The notes below the pieces were generated by a model that did not search any database, was not told the DNA's origin, and worked only from the letters and a program-made list of their open reading frames with translations. A stretch of 52,676 nucleotides of DNA, taken from the IMG/VR virus record IMGVR_UViG_3300047287_000308, positions 1 to 52,676 of that record; one strand, 5' to 3'. Shown one piece after another: positions 36,335 through 46,677 of the stretch (the stretch's first letter is position 1; every line of letters starts with the position of its first letter). This DNA comes from a virus. Taxonomy: Duplodnaviria; Caudoviricetes. Position numbers and translations under genes: made by a program.

Positions 36335-39300
36335 ATGAACAGCAAATTCCTCCCGGAATACGATTATACCCGCACCCTGTTGCAAGATGTGCTCTATGAG
36401 CACCTGAGCGAAGTCTCAGGGTCTTTGCTGCCGGTGTATGTTGTTGACTTTAAAGTCATGGCTCATGACATCAACAGATACGCCGAGCCGATTGAAGACC
36501 TGTTTGAGAAAAACGAATCTCGCTGGAGGGAAATCATCCGCTGTTTGTGGGCTTATAAGCTAAATCGCGGGCCGGACATGATGCCGCAAATGGATTACGT
36601 CTGCATTGTAGTAGACGACTCCAGAGATGACATGGGTGAGGACATGGCGGAAGCATCGTATAACGGTAAAGGGTACTGGCGCCACATCGAAGCATTCAAA
36701 CTCGGCATGCCAGAGTACAAAGGTGGGCGTGGCTCCAAGCCTAGTCTGTTTGACAAGATTGAAGAAGAAGGACTGAAGTATATCAAAAGCCCAGGTTCTA
36801 CTTTTCACTACTACGTCAAGCCGTTTTACGAAGCCGATGACATCGCCGGGAAGCTCTGTCGGTTGAAGCGCGAAGCTCTGCCGTGCACTCCTCTGGCGCA
36901 GCGTTACCTGCTGCTGGGGACTCTGGACGGGGACTGGCAAGGGCTTGTGAAAGACGAACACGGCATCATCTGGTGCAACACAGCTAAATACCTGCCTCGG
37001 ATTCGCTCTGAGCGCGAGGTGTGCGACTACTATCTGCGTCAGGCAGGTCTGGTGATGACTTCAGCTCGCGAGACTTACACCACAAAGGTCGAGATTGGCG
37101 ATAGCGGGGATAATCTCAGCCCTGGAAGCCCACTGAGGTTCTTTGACCTGTACGAGGAAGATAAAGTATGGGGATGGTCTGAAGCCGATACCAAGTTCTT
37201 CCTTAATGTGTTGAACTCTAATACGAAATCGAACAATTCCAAGCATCTAGCCGCTGCCGCTGCGCGTATCTCAGCGTCGGGGCTGTGCTACCCCGTTGTT
37301 CAAACTCTACCGGAAGAAGTTGCTGATCATCTTGTCCGCGCCGAGACCGTTCGCAAGGAAAAATCCAACCCGGAATTGCGTGGTTACAACAAAAAATTCT
37401 GCGTAAACTTGCGCGATGAAGTAGAGTTCCAAAAGTGCAAAGAAGCTGCGGTCGAAGACGACAAGCTCAAAGAACAGCTCAAGTCCCAAACTGAGATGCT
37501 CAAGTCCCAGGCTGATACTCTGAGCGCCGAGGAGCTGAAGACGCTAGCCAATAATGTCAGGAATATGAAAATGGCCAGGGACCGGCTGAAAACGAAGCTC
37601 AAGAGCTTTGCGGACGTGGTATTTAGGACGCCTATGGCAAAACAAACTGCGAAGATGCCTGCGAATCAGAGCAATGGGCTTAACCCTCTGACTCCGGCTG
37701 AAAAGTATAAACTTTTTCTCTTTTGGTCGGAAAGTCGGGGGGTTTACTTCCGCTTCAACCTGGACTCAAAGTTAACAGGGTTTCACGACATGTACGAGCA
37801 ATATACTCCTTCTAAGCACCCCGGACCCAAAAGCATTGTTTATCCGTCATGGTTTTCCTTTCTGGTCCCTGCCAATTCAATCACAGCAGCAGAGATTCAA
37901 GGGAAATTTCTTGACCCTACGAGCGGGAGCACCCGCAATCTCCCCACTCTTGCCCGCGAAGTTTCAGAGTTCGCCGAAGCTTTGATTATCTACCGGTCAG
38001 GACGCAGCTCTGAAGTAACTGACTTCATCCTCGGGATGGAGACGGTCAAGGCCCGTGTACATAGACGTCTTGGCGGAGGGAAATACGAACTGGGTATCGC
38101 CTACTCTCCTGATGAGATGAAAGGCACTGATTTTCGCAACAAAACTTACGCTTATGTCCCTGAGTTGAGCTGGTTTACACCTGAGTTGCAGGCACTGAAG
38201 TTTGATGACATCATTAAGATCTTCCCTCCGTACGAGGCGGAAATGTTCAAACTTATCATTGGAAGGGCTTGTGTAGGTAGGACAGGGTCAGTCCACCCCG
38301 GTACTAACAAGATTATCGAGCACGGGTTTAGAAAGGCTGGTATTGTTGTCGGAGAACCTAGTGTTGGTAAGTCTAAAACATTGACAGGTATCATTGAAGC
38401 TATGCAGTACGTCGGTTACAACGTCTCGTCTATCGGAGAATTCGGGAGTAAGTTTAACCAAGGCCCTGTAATTGTTTCGCATCTTGCGTACAAAGACGAC
38501 CTCAACCTCAAAAATCTTGAGGACATGCTCACGGCCCATAGCTTTAAGTCTATTGTAACGGGTGGTACGGAGAAAGTCGAGAACAAAGGTGTCGATGCTG
38601 TTGAAGTAGTTGCTAATACTGTAATTTTGGCTAACTGTAACGAAATCAAGCCGGAGTTGTCTTACGAACTCGATGCAGGGGCAATTAACCGTCTTGGATT
38701 GATCTCTACGTACAAAGTCTTTGAGATGGAAGAGATGAGTGAGATTGAAGGCCATGACCTGCACCCTATCCCGCATATTCGCTGGCTGTGTGAACAGTAT
38801 AATACCGACCCGCTGAGTCTGTATCTTCGGGTGTTACGTGATTGTACTGACTTTTTCATGGACAAAGTCAACTCGGGTGTAGATGTACACTTCTACTCAG
38901 AGAGTCTTATGCCGTATTTGAGGATTGCAACTCACAAAAACGCTCTGGAGTGTTTTATCCGGCTGGCTATGTTGTGCTATGCCATACGAGATCAGAAATG
39001 TAACGGAGCTAATTACATCCCAGAGATTAACTTGGGTACCATGAACAAAATCCTAGAGAACACTAGGTTTATTATGATAGATATGCGAGCTAATAACCTA
39101 CGTAGGATTATGAAAGCCGACTGGGAGTCACAAAGTCGGCAGTTAAATCACCCGTATTGGGCTCAGCGTAAACTGTTGCTGAGTAGTATTGACCAGTCCT
39201 ACGAAGCTTTCAATACGTACAAAAATGACAAAGACCTCGGCCTGGCCATTGAGAGTGTTTTCTCTGTGCTACGCTTGAGAGACGGATTCAGCATGTCCAA

Positions 39301-39484
39301 GAAGATGCAACACATCGTCAGGGCATGGGAAGGAATTCGTGGTGAGAGTAATCGCATCTATGCCTTAGCTAAGAAGCTCACAGCTCAGCTACCGCAAGAA
39401 GAGCTTGATGTGATCACCAACCTGGCTGTAAGAACAGATGCTAACTACCTGTACAAGCCCGACTACGACCCTAAGAAACTGTAA
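36335..39484 (+). CDS. 5'-3' exonuclease (T4 RNase H/FEN-like) fused to SF3/D5-like helicase
   Basis: VVDF, EYKGGR, YEADDIAG, TLDGDWQGLV, GDSGDNL (FEN/PIN); GEPSVGKS Walker A, YKDDL Walker B, ILANCN motif C. Confidence 0.8.
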   Translation: MNSKFLPEYDYTRTLLQDVLYEHLSEVSGSLLPVYVVDFKVMAHDINRYAEPIEDLFEKNESRWREIIRCLWAYKLNRGPDMMPQMDYVCIVVDDSRDDMGEDMAEASYNGKGYWRHIEAFKLGMPEYKGGRGSKPSLFDKIEEEGLKYIKSPGSTFHYYVKPFYEADDIAGKLCRLKREALPCTPLAQRYLLLGTLDGDWQGLVKDEHGIIWCNTAKYLPRIRSEREVCDYYLRQAGLVMTSARETYTTKVEIGDSGDNLSPGSPLRFFDLYEEDKVWGWSEADTKFFLNVLNSNTKSNNSKHLAAAAARISASGLCYPVVQTLPEEVADHLVRAETVRKEKSNPELRGYNKKFCVNLRDEVEFQKCKEAAVEDDKLKEQLKSQTEMLKSQADTLSAEELKTLANNVRNMKMARDRLKTKLKSFADVVFRTPMAKQTAKMPANQSNGLNPLTPAEKYKLFLFWSESRGVYFRFNLDSKLTGFHDMYEQYTPSKHPGPKSIVYPSWFSFLVPANSITAAEIQGKFLDPTSGSTRNLPTLAREVSEFAEALIIYRSGRSSEVTDFILGMETVKARVHRRLGGGKYELGIAYSPDEMKGTDFRNKTYAYVPELSWFTPELQALKFDDIIKIFPPYEAEMFKLIIGRACVGRTGSVHPGTNKIIEHGFRKAGIVVGEPSVGKSKTLTGIIEAMQYVGYNVSSIGEFGSKFNQGPVIVSHLAYKDDLNLKNLEDMLTAHSFKSIVTGGTEKVENKGVDAVEVVANTVILANCNEIKPELSYELDAGAINRLGLISTYKVFEMEEMSEIEGHDLHPIPHIRWLCEQYNTDPLSLYLRVLRDCTDFFMDKVNSGVDVHFYSESLMPYLRIATHKNALECFIRLAMLCYAIRDQKCNGANYIPEINLGTMNKILENTRFIMIDMRANNLRRIMKADWESQSRQLNHPYWAQRKLLLSSIDQSYEAFNTYKNDKDLGLAIESVFSVLRLRDGFSMSKKMQHIVRAWEGIRGESNRIYALAKKLTAQLPQEELDVITNLAVRTDANYLYKPDYDPKKL

Positions 39485-40464
39485 TGGAACAAGTCAAAGT
39501 TTCCACAGACTGGGAGAAATGGCAATCCAAGCCTAACCCGGACAAACAGTATGACGGACAGGTCGATAAGTACGGCAACATCCGCACTGAAACGAGAGTT
39601 TTGGGCTCTCGGCTGGGCTGTGTGGTCGAGTCTCTTGACCCTGTGTCGTTGGCCGAGCTAATCACCTCCGGACGGACCTGGAGCCCATTCACGTTCAACA
39701 CTTGCCCTAGTTGGGGCAGACGCAGACGTATAGAAGACCTGTTTGAACAGTGCCAGATCCTCGCGGTTGATTTTGACGACGGCAGAACCGTAGAGGAAAT
39801 TACTCAAGCCGCAGCGGCACTGGGGCTGACCTTCACGGTGCTGCATCACTCGTTCTCTTCGACTCCTGAACATACGAAGTTACGCGGAATCTTTTTCCTC
39901 GACGAGAAGATCGACGATTTCACTTTGGCAAAAACCTACTCTACAGGGTTGGCATACGCTTTAGGTGGTGATAGAGTTTGTGTCGACGTAGCTCGGATGT
40001 ACTTCGGCTCTACCGAGAATTCAGTTGTTCTTATCAATCCCGAGCAAACCACTTCTCTGGAGTTGGTTAAAAAGATCACCTCGACTCAGTCGATCCCAAA
40101 ACCTGTGCAGCAGTCTAAGCTCAGTGTGCCTAAAGATGTTGGTTGGGGCTCGCCAGAAGAGCAGCAGAGATTATTTGATGGTCTGACCAAGTCTAAGAAA
40201 GCTTTTATACGAGCTAAGGTCAACGCCATCTTGTTGGAGGTGCAGAACTTTGTCCAGGGGCAGGGGAAGTCTCGCTATGAGTGTGTCTGGCGTAATACAT
40301 CGAGGCTGGCGCGTATGCCAGAACTTACAGGGTATCAGGTCCATCTGTGGGTGGCTTATTCTGTCAGCATTAACGATGCTTTTGCGGACTGGGATAAAGA
40401 TCCTGACAAGGTGATTATGTCAGCCATAGATTGGTCAAATAGACACGCGGACGAGCCTTTGTAG
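39484..40464 (+). CDS. AEP-superfamily primase (PrimPol-like)
   Basis: WSPFTF, LAVDFDDG (DxD), HHSFSS..TKLRGIFFLD, DRVCVDVARMYFG. Confidence 0.75.
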   Translation: MEQVKVSTDWEKWQSKPNPDKQYDGQVDKYGNIRTETRVLGSRLGCVVESLDPVSLAELITSGRTWSPFTFNTCPSWGRRRRIEDLFEQCQILAVDFDDGRTVEEITQAAAALGLTFTVLHHSFSSTPEHTKLRGIFFLDEKIDDFTLAKTYSTGLAYALGGDRVCVDVARMYFGSTENSVVLINPEQTTSLELVKKITSTQSIPKPVQQSKLSVPKDVGWGSPEEQQRLFDGLTKSKKAFIRAKVNAILLEVQNFVQGQGKSRYECVWRNTSRLARMPELTGYQVHLWVAYSVSINDAFADWDKDPDKVIMSAIDWSNRHADEPL

Positions 40465-40481
40465 TTTAAGGCAATAATAGA
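40464..40481 (+). promoter_or_regulatory. Putative late promoter motif
   Basis: GTTTAAGG-caataa-TAGA upstream of the tail operon. Confidence 0.55.
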
Positions 40482-40484
40482 AAC

Positions 40485-42440
40485 TTGTGTACAGGCGTGG
40501 CTGCTAACAATACTAATCCCATTAGCATCTCTACTTCAGCTGGAGCAATACAAAGTATCAATGGAGACAAAAAAGCTGTACCGATTAAGGATCCACAGAA
40601 AATAACAACGTCCAGAGAAGTTGCAAAGACCGGCAATGGCACACCCGTAAATCAGGTTGCGACTAATACTAATACATCGGCGAACGCGGCAGACCCTGTT
40701 GCATCGGTTAATAAATCTCATCAAAGTTTGTTTGGTGGTAACCTTGAAGTAGCTAAAGCTCTGAAGAGCATCAATTTTAGAGCTGATAGTTACGGGGCAA
40801 TGACCAACGACATTGCTCATCTCGAGTTATGGAGTCGTACACCTCAGAATAAAGAGATTGCTAATGCTATCAACGGGCAGGGGGCTACTGCTTATGGCTC
40901 GCCAAGTAAAAACCCTCTGCAGGGGAAGACTAACGCCGCTCCGGCAGCGACGACCACTACACCACAAGCTAGTAAACCAGCTACGGCTACGGCTACTAAG
41001 CCTGCCACGGTCCAACCTGCTACGGCATCGGAAGTTGGGTTCAGCCTGGCGCAGTCTGGGACAAACCTGATTTCCAAAGACGAGAAGCAAAAATCTTTAG
41101 TAAATAGAATATTTGGTAGGGTGTTTTCTGCCAACCCTAACGGTCTACATCAAGGGTTGATTAGAAATACTTTGAGCCCTGCTGACCCTGGACAGCTTAC
41201 ATATACAACCAGTACCCTTAAGAATAGTGGTAAAGGCTTTGGAACCGTACCGGAAATTGGGTCGTTAAATGGGGTGTGGCAATTTCTTTTTAACCCGGAA
41301 GAGATTAGCGTACAGGGTAATGCAGTGTATGCTACGGCTGAGACCTGGGGGGTTATGAATGATAAAGACAAAAAAGACGGAGGTAAAAACTCCGGTCAAC
41401 CAATGCAGTGGAGATTCAACCAGAACGAGAAACTTATCTTTAACAAAATCCTTTTAAATGGTTACATTTTCGGTAAAAAGGTAAAAAGCTTAGAGGAAGC
41501 GCTCACCGATCTGGTTAGTAAAGCTACTGATGCCAGCCCTGGAGGTCCCCCTGTGCTGAATTTCATGTGGGGAGAAAGAACCTTTGGCCCATGCGTCATC
41601 AGAGATTTTAACGTTCGTGAGAAAAACTGGGACAATGGTGTCTTGGTTAATGCTGAGATCTCGTTAACTCTAGAGCGTGTACCGGAGTGGGTGATTAACG
41701 ACGGGTTTGTTGATGTTGCTAGACCTGCCAGACAAGGTCCTATTACCGATCCTACTGCGGCTAGTGGTGCTACTGCGGCTGGTCAACAGCAAAATGCTCC
41801 TGCATCTGGCTCGGCTGGGGATGCTAATCAAAGTGCTAACGGTAAAGGTGGTGCTCCACAGGCAGCTCCCAGTGATGCTTTATACGTTTTGTGTGAAAAA
41901 GAATCGAGATTTTGGTATGCTACATTCGATGCTTTGTATAAAGAAATAGTTGCTGTAAATTGGTCTTACACTGGCCCTCAGATGGATAAACACGTGGACG
42001 AACTTTTTGAAAAATATAAAACCCTCTTTGCGGGGGCGTCAACCATACCTCAATTTATTAATCAATTTAATGGAAAAAATGAAGGATATAAACCACAGGT
42101 ACTAAAAGTTAGTCTTGGTAGGACGGCTACTGCCCCCCTACTGCCTATTCAAAGGCTTATTGGTTTAACACCTAGGCAGAAACTATTAGCAACTGCAGTA
42201 GGTACAGCCCGTAATGCTATGGAGAATATCTACAACAGACCCGAGTGTAAAAAAGCCATAGAACAAGGTAAGAAAAAAATAAATTTAAAGAGTCTTGAGG
42301 AGAAGATAGCTGGAAAATCTTGCAATGACTCCATTCTAACCCTGAAACACGGAGAAACTTGGACGAATCCAAAGTACAAGAAAAAATACTCATGCATAAA
42401 CGGAATCCTTAGAGATGCACAGTTTGAACCTGGGCCCTAA
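40485..42440 (+). CDS. Tail tube initiator-like protein (CIS-tube domain) with long extensions
   Basis: FLFNPEEISV..PPVLNFMWG..GPCVIRDFNVRE..NGVLVNAEISLTLE; exact start uncertain. Confidence 0.7.
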   Translation: MCTGVAANNTNPISISTSAGAIQSINGDKKAVPIKDPQKITTSREVAKTGNGTPVNQVATNTNTSANAADPVASVNKSHQSLFGGNLEVAKALKSINFRADSYGAMTNDIAHLELWSRTPQNKEIANAINGQGATAYGSPSKNPLQGKTNAAPAATTTTPQASKPATATATKPATVQPATASEVGFSLAQSGTNLISKDEKQKSLVNRIFGRVFSANPNGLHQGLIRNTLSPADPGQLTYTTSTLKNSGKGFGTVPEIGSLNGVWQFLFNPEEISVQGNAVYATAETWGVMNDKDKKDGGKNSGQPMQWRFNQNEKLIFNKILLNGYIFGKKVKSLEEALTDLVSKATDASPGGPPVLNFMWGERTFGPCVIRDFNVREKNWDNGVLVNAEISLTLERVPEWVINDGFVDVARPARQGPITDPTAASGATAAGQQQNAPASGSAGDANQSANGKGGAPQAAPSDALYVLCEKESRFWYATFDALYKEIVAVNWSYTGPQMDKHVDELFEKYKTLFAGASTIPQFINQFNGKNEGYKPQVLKVSLGRTATAPLLPIQRLIGLTPRQKLLATAVGTARNAMENIYNRPECKKAIEQGKKKINLKSLEEKIAGKSCNDSILTLKHGETWTNPKYKKKYSCINGILRDAQFEPGP

Positions 42441-42452
42441 ATACCTAAATAA

Positions 42453-45400
42453 ATGAGATCCGCAGCCATAAACCTAAACCTACGGGCTAACACAGCCCGT
42501 GCAATGACCGACTTTAAGCGTTTCGCTGACAGTCTGGACAACCGTTATCTGGTGAGCGGGCTTAAGCTCGACCTTATTACAAACGCGATTAGCCAAATCA
42601 ATAGAGAGTTTCAAAAGAGCATTGGTGAGCAAGGTATGCTCGGCGCTTCGTCCTTACGCGCAGCGCAAAACCAGGCTGCGCTGTTAACTGCGACGTTCAA
42701 GAGCTTCTCTGCAGACGCAGCTAAGGCTATTACACAAGACATCAGTGGAGCGCTTAACAAAGTTGCGGTAACTGCTGGTGGGACAATGGAAGATGTCCGC
42801 AAGACATTAGCTGCTACACCGTTCCTTTCGCTTAGTATCTCCGCCGACGAAAGGAGAAGAATCAGCGCTGAAATTCTGGATTTTCAAAAAAACTTCCGCA
42901 GGGCAGGTATATCTAAAGACTTCGGTGGCGTAGCGGGACAATTCCTGTCTGGTAAAGTCTCTGCGATGGACCTGGTGAGTACCGGCTCTCCCATGGAGTC
43001 TATGCTGGGTCTGGAGCTGATGAAGCGCGGGTCTGGACCAGGAGTTATCTACAACCAAAATCAACGCACTCAACTGCTCAAGGCAGTGCTGGAAGACCCG
43101 GCTATTAAAGCTCAGCTCCAGAAAATGGCTGTTGAAACAGCGGGGTATAAGATTTTCCTTGAAGATATTAATACACAACTGTTCAACCCTGAGACAGGTT
43201 TGTTCGGACCTCTGCGTAAGGTTGTAGACAGTGCAGGTAGAGAGACAACGTCTTTTGACGAAACCAATAAACTCATCCAGCAGATCTTCGGGCGTGAAGG
43301 ATTAATTTTTACCTTTTTCGCGGAGATTGGCAAGGTATTTAAGATTCAAGACCCGCTGGTATTGTTGGTCGATGTTATCGAGTTTATCACTTGTCAGATC
43401 AAAGCTCTAACTGATTTTACTAAGACACCACTATTCTCTGGATTTGTTAAGTTCTTCAAAGATACCTTTGAGGTTGTATTTGGAATTTTTGACAACATAT
43501 ATAAGGAGGTAACGTCCGGGTCGTTTAGTGCTGAAAATATCAAGTCTACTATTCATGATATAGGCGACGGGGTTAGAAAATTCCTGCAGTTTATTGGTCA
43601 AAGTATTCGTAAAGTTGATATTACTGAAACGTCCATTACTGGAACTATAGGGGAAGAAGTAGGTAAAACACTTGGAATTCTGGTCAAAGAATTGTTGATG
43701 ACGTTGATCAACAAGATCCCACAAATTACCAGCACTATTCTCCCGGCCATTAACAATGGTATAAATTCATTCCTTACAGAGCTATTCGGACCAGTTTTTG
43801 GTAAGATAGTCAAAATGCTGCTATCTTTCATGCCTGGCCCTATTGGTATGATAGCTCGGGCTAGTAATATAACCGACTATACCGGCGGTCAAGGTTGGGG
43901 TGGCCTTATTGGCGCTGCTGGGGCTGCTTTCTTACCTCATATGCTAATAGGTCGTGGAGGATCTTCTGGTAAGATAGGTGGTATTCTGGGTGGACTAAGG
44001 TCAATTAATAAATTCAGGAATGCGGAATTTGATTCTGTCTATGAGACCACATCAGGAGTAGACTCTCGTATCTCCAGATTCTTAAATAGATTTAACCCTA
44101 CGGCTAGGGACATTGATGTGCGTCTTGCCCGTAGTCGATTCTATGACCGAAGGTTCCTGCACGGGCAAAGCTCGGATTTACCAATGACCCCTATTATCAT
44201 GGACCAGTGGGGACCTGCTGGTCCTAGTCGTCGTTGGCCCCTCTATGGCGGAGGTCAATGGGGGGGCGGAGCAGCTTCTGGGCATTGGATTTGGGGAGGT
44301 ACAGGTCCGAATGATCCAGGGTCTATGGGAGCATTTACAGGTTTCCCCTATTCTCCAGGATCTTCTTTTGGGCCACTGAATTCAAGTTCTCAAATCCCCC
44401 GTAGTACTGCTTATCAAGACTTGAGAGCTCGTGCTAGTACCACTTCCTATGACCAAAGAATGGAGGAGATACGGAGACGGAATAAGTTAAGGGATCTTCG
44501 AGATAAATGGCATTTAGCAGATTCGGGGCTTGATACCGTTAAAAGCGGTAGAGCTTACTTCGGAGAGCTTGCCAGCTTAGGACTAGCAGATGAAGCAGAT
44601 CTTGATCTACTTAGTTATTTCAGGGAGAGGCATGCTGAAGAAAAAGAAAGATTAAACCTGAAAACCAAAGGCTCCAGATTCAGCAGAAAAATGCGAGTCT
44701 TCCGTAGAGGAATCTCAAGAGGATGGAAAAACCTCCCAGGAATAGGTAAAGGAGCCACCATGGCCGGGGCGGGACTTGGAGCGATAGGTCTTGCATCCCT
44801 AGCGTTTCCTAAGGGGGCTAATGCAGGCGAACTTGGAGAAGAAACCACTGCTGCTACTCAAAGTGTTTTAAATACCGTAGCGGACATGGCCATGCTTTTT
44901 CCGGGCTGGGGTATGGCTATTGGTCTGACGCTGAAAGCCGGTGCAGCGTTAATGGATAGATCGACCAGAGAAGCTATAATGCAATTTGGTCGCAACATCA
45001 TGGACGGTTTTGCTACTACTGCCAGCAATTTCTTGAACTGGATTGGTAGTCAGTTCCAGGGATTAATGAACGGTTTGGGTAGTTTACTGGGTAACATCGG
45101 CAAAGCGTTAACCGGAACCAATTCACAAGGTAATTCTAACATTCCCATTATTGGATGGGCTCAAGGGATATACAATGGTGCTGTGAACCTAGTCCGAGGA
45201 GTCCATTATGACGGGCTAAACTCAACTGGTCCGGCCCTAGCACTAGAAGCCCGCATGTCTGGCCACCGCCCCATGGTCGTAAATAGCAGCGAGTTTGTCA
45301 TCCCGAAAGGTGGCATGGCAACACTATCAGGTATCGTTGAGGAACGTGTACGCCGATCAGTATCGACAGATGGCAACATTTCCCCAACGTTCCACGTCAC

Positions 45401-45542
45401 CGTACAGGTCAACAACCCCGTCATGTTAGGTGCCAACAAGGAGCTTGTTAACTCCCTGCGCCAACCCATCCTCGATGTAATCGAAGAAGCGTGGCAGGAA
45501 GTATCTAGCGGGACTATCAGAAGACCGTCTGTGGTAGGTTAA
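42453..45542 (+). CDS. Tape measure protein
   Basis: 1029 aa, helical, amphipathic repeats and Gly/Ala hydrophobic stretches; C-terminal EARMSG..VVNSSEFVIP; between tube initiator and gp25. Confidence 0.75.
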   Translation: MRSAAINLNLRANTARAMTDFKRFADSLDNRYLVSGLKLDLITNAISQINREFQKSIGEQGMLGASSLRAAQNQAALLTATFKSFSADAAKAITQDISGALNKVAVTAGGTMEDVRKTLAATPFLSLSISADERRRISAEILDFQKNFRRAGISKDFGGVAGQFLSGKVSAMDLVSTGSPMESMLGLELMKRGSGPGVIYNQNQRTQLLKAVLEDPAIKAQLQKMAVETAGYKIFLEDINTQLFNPETGLFGPLRKVVDSAGRETTSFDETNKLIQQIFGREGLIFTFFAEIGKVFKIQDPLVLLVDVIEFITCQIKALTDFTKTPLFSGFVKFFKDTFEVVFGIFDNIYKEVTSGSFSAENIKSTIHDIGDGVRKFLQFIGQSIRKVDITETSITGTIGEEVGKTLGILVKELLMTLINKIPQITSTILPAINNGINSFLTELFGPVFGKIVKMLLSFMPGPIGMIARASNITDYTGGQGWGGLIGAAGAAFLPHMLIGRGGSSGKIGGILGGLRSINKFRNAEFDSVYETTSGVDSRISRFLNRFNPTARDIDVRLARSRFYDRRFLHGQSSDLPMTPIIMDQWGPAGPSRRWPLYGGGQWGGGAASGHWIWGGTGPNDPGSMGAFTGFPYSPGSSFGPLNSSSQIPRSTAYQDLRARASTTSYDQRMEEIRRRNKLRDLRDKWHLADSGLDTVKSGRAYFGELASLGLADEADLDLLSYFRERHAEEKERLNLKTKGSRFSRKMRVFRRGISRGWKNLPGIGKGATMAGAGLGAIGLASLAFPKGANAGELGEETTAATQSVLNTVADMAMLFPGWGMAIGLTLKAGAALMDRSTREAIMQFGRNIMDGFATTASNFLNWIGSQFQGLMNGLGSLLGNIGKALTGTNSQGNSNIPIIGWAQGIYNGAVNLVRGVHYDGLNSTGPALALEARMSGHRPMVVNSSEFVIPKGGMATLSGIVEERVRRSVSTDGNISPTFHVTVQVNNPVMLGANKELVNSLRQPILDVIEEAWQEVSSGTIRRPSVVG

Positions 45543-45544
45543 TT

Positions 45545-46051
45545 ATGGACTTGCAACTCGTTAATCGCATCGATTCAGAACAACTATCCCGTATTAAGGC
45601 GAACTTCGCCCCGAGGGACCTGTATAACGTTGAAAATTCTCGTCCTGACCCGACACTGGTATTTGGTTCATCTGCCGGGAATACATCGCTAACAAGTACA
45701 ACACTGGGTGGTCTTAAGTACCCGCTTGAGTTGGACGGTAACGGCGGGCTCGTTGTCAGTTACGGTTACGATAGAATTGCCGAGCAGATCATCGAAACCC
45801 TTGAGACGCGATTCTCAGAGCGTGTATACCGTCCTTACATGGGTACTCCTGAGCTGATGTTTGAAACCATCAGTGAATCGCTCTTGGCAAACACTTTGAA
45901 GTCGCAAATCCTATCAAGTGTGTCTCTGTTGTCGTCGGACAGCTTGCGGGTTACAATCCGAATCAACGAAAATGGAGATTGCGTTGTAGTTGTCGTATAT
46001 TCCGTTGAAGGCTCGGAAGAAGCAATGGTTCGCTATCTTTATTCTGCATGA
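45545..46051 (+). CDS. Baseplate wedge gp25/gpW-like protein
   Basis: GLKYPLEL..GGL..IAEQIIETLETRFSERVYRPYMGT..LMFE. Confidence 0.85.
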   Translation: MDLQLVNRIDSEQLSRIKANFAPRDLYNVENSRPDPTLVFGSSAGNTSLTSTTLGGLKYPLELDGNGGLVVSYGYDRIAEQIIETLETRFSERVYRPYMGTPELMFETISESLLANTLKSQILSSVSLLSSDSLRVTIRINENGDCVVVVVYSVEGSEEAMVRYLYSA

Positions 46052-46485
46052 CCGATAAGAAGGATTTTAATCAATTCGGTGCCGATGCGCAGAAGATGAT
46101 TCTGGATCAGCTTCATCTGATTGACCTAGACAAAATCGGTGCTAAGAGTATTGCTCACATGGGCAAAAGCCTTATTTCACTGATTAAACAGAGTCACCAA
46201 TACCAAGAAGAGGTAGAAAACCCCAAAATTCGTGAAAACTGGATCGCGATACGGGAGATCTCTCATATTATCCTGACAGAAATTCTGGATAAATACACGT
46301 CTATGTCGGATAGCGGCGACATTCCGGAGTGGGAACGTGCTTCGGTGCTGGTTTTGTTGCGAGACATTACCAAAGTATGTCATGAAGAAGAACGTCGGGA
46401 CAGGTTGGCTAAGCGTGGTAACGGTATGGTCCTTGATCAAGACACTCTGGATAAGTTGCTAGGGATTACAGCTAAGGTTGGGTGA
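46048..46485 (+). CDS. Hypothetical helical protein
   Basis: 145 aa ATGA-coupled; all-alpha; terminase small subunit possible but unsupported. Confidence 0.6.
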   Translation: MTDKKDFNQFGADAQKMILDQLHLIDLDKIGAKSIAHMGKSLISLIKQSHQYQEEVENPKIRENWIAIREISHIILTEILDKYTSMSDSGDIPEWERASVLVLLRDITKVCHEEERRDRLAKRGNGMVLDQDTLDKLLGITAKVG

Positions 46486-46495
46486 AAGTTCTAGT

Positions 46496-46654
46496 ATGAT
46501 GAACATCGACCAAGCCCGCGCAGGGCTACCTGTGATTAAAGAAGTCAACCAAAAACCCAAGCAGGACGATATGAAAATCGATACCGCGCCTGTGTTCGCT
46601 TCACAAGAAGCACCGTTACGCATGCAGGTTCCTGACGGGTGGAGATCTGTTTAA
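46496..46654 (+). CDS. Small protein ending in PDGW tag (52 aa, not in ORF track)
   Basis: Translated by hand: MMNIDQARAGLPVIKEVNQKPKQDDMKIDTAPVFASQEAPLRMQVPDGWRSV; preceded by GGTGAAAG-N6-T-ATG. Confidence 0.75.
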   Translation: MMNIDQARAGLPVIKEVNQKPKQDDMKIDTAPVFASQEAPLRMQVPDGWRSV

Positions 46655-46666
46655 AGTTCACGTAGA
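46649..46666 (+). promoter_or_regulatory. Putative late promoter motif
   Basis: GTTTAAAG-ttcacg-TAGA upstream of ATG 46678. Confidence 0.6.
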
Positions 46667-46677
46667 TAACTAATACG

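Noticed and set aside
14354-39484. Inteins or introns in terL, nrdA, nrdB or helicase
   Set aside because: Motif spacing is continuous; no intein C/S..HN ends or interrupted frames seen
46048-46485. Terminase small subunit assignment
   Set aside because: Size and helicity fit, but there is no diagnostic motif and it is far from terL
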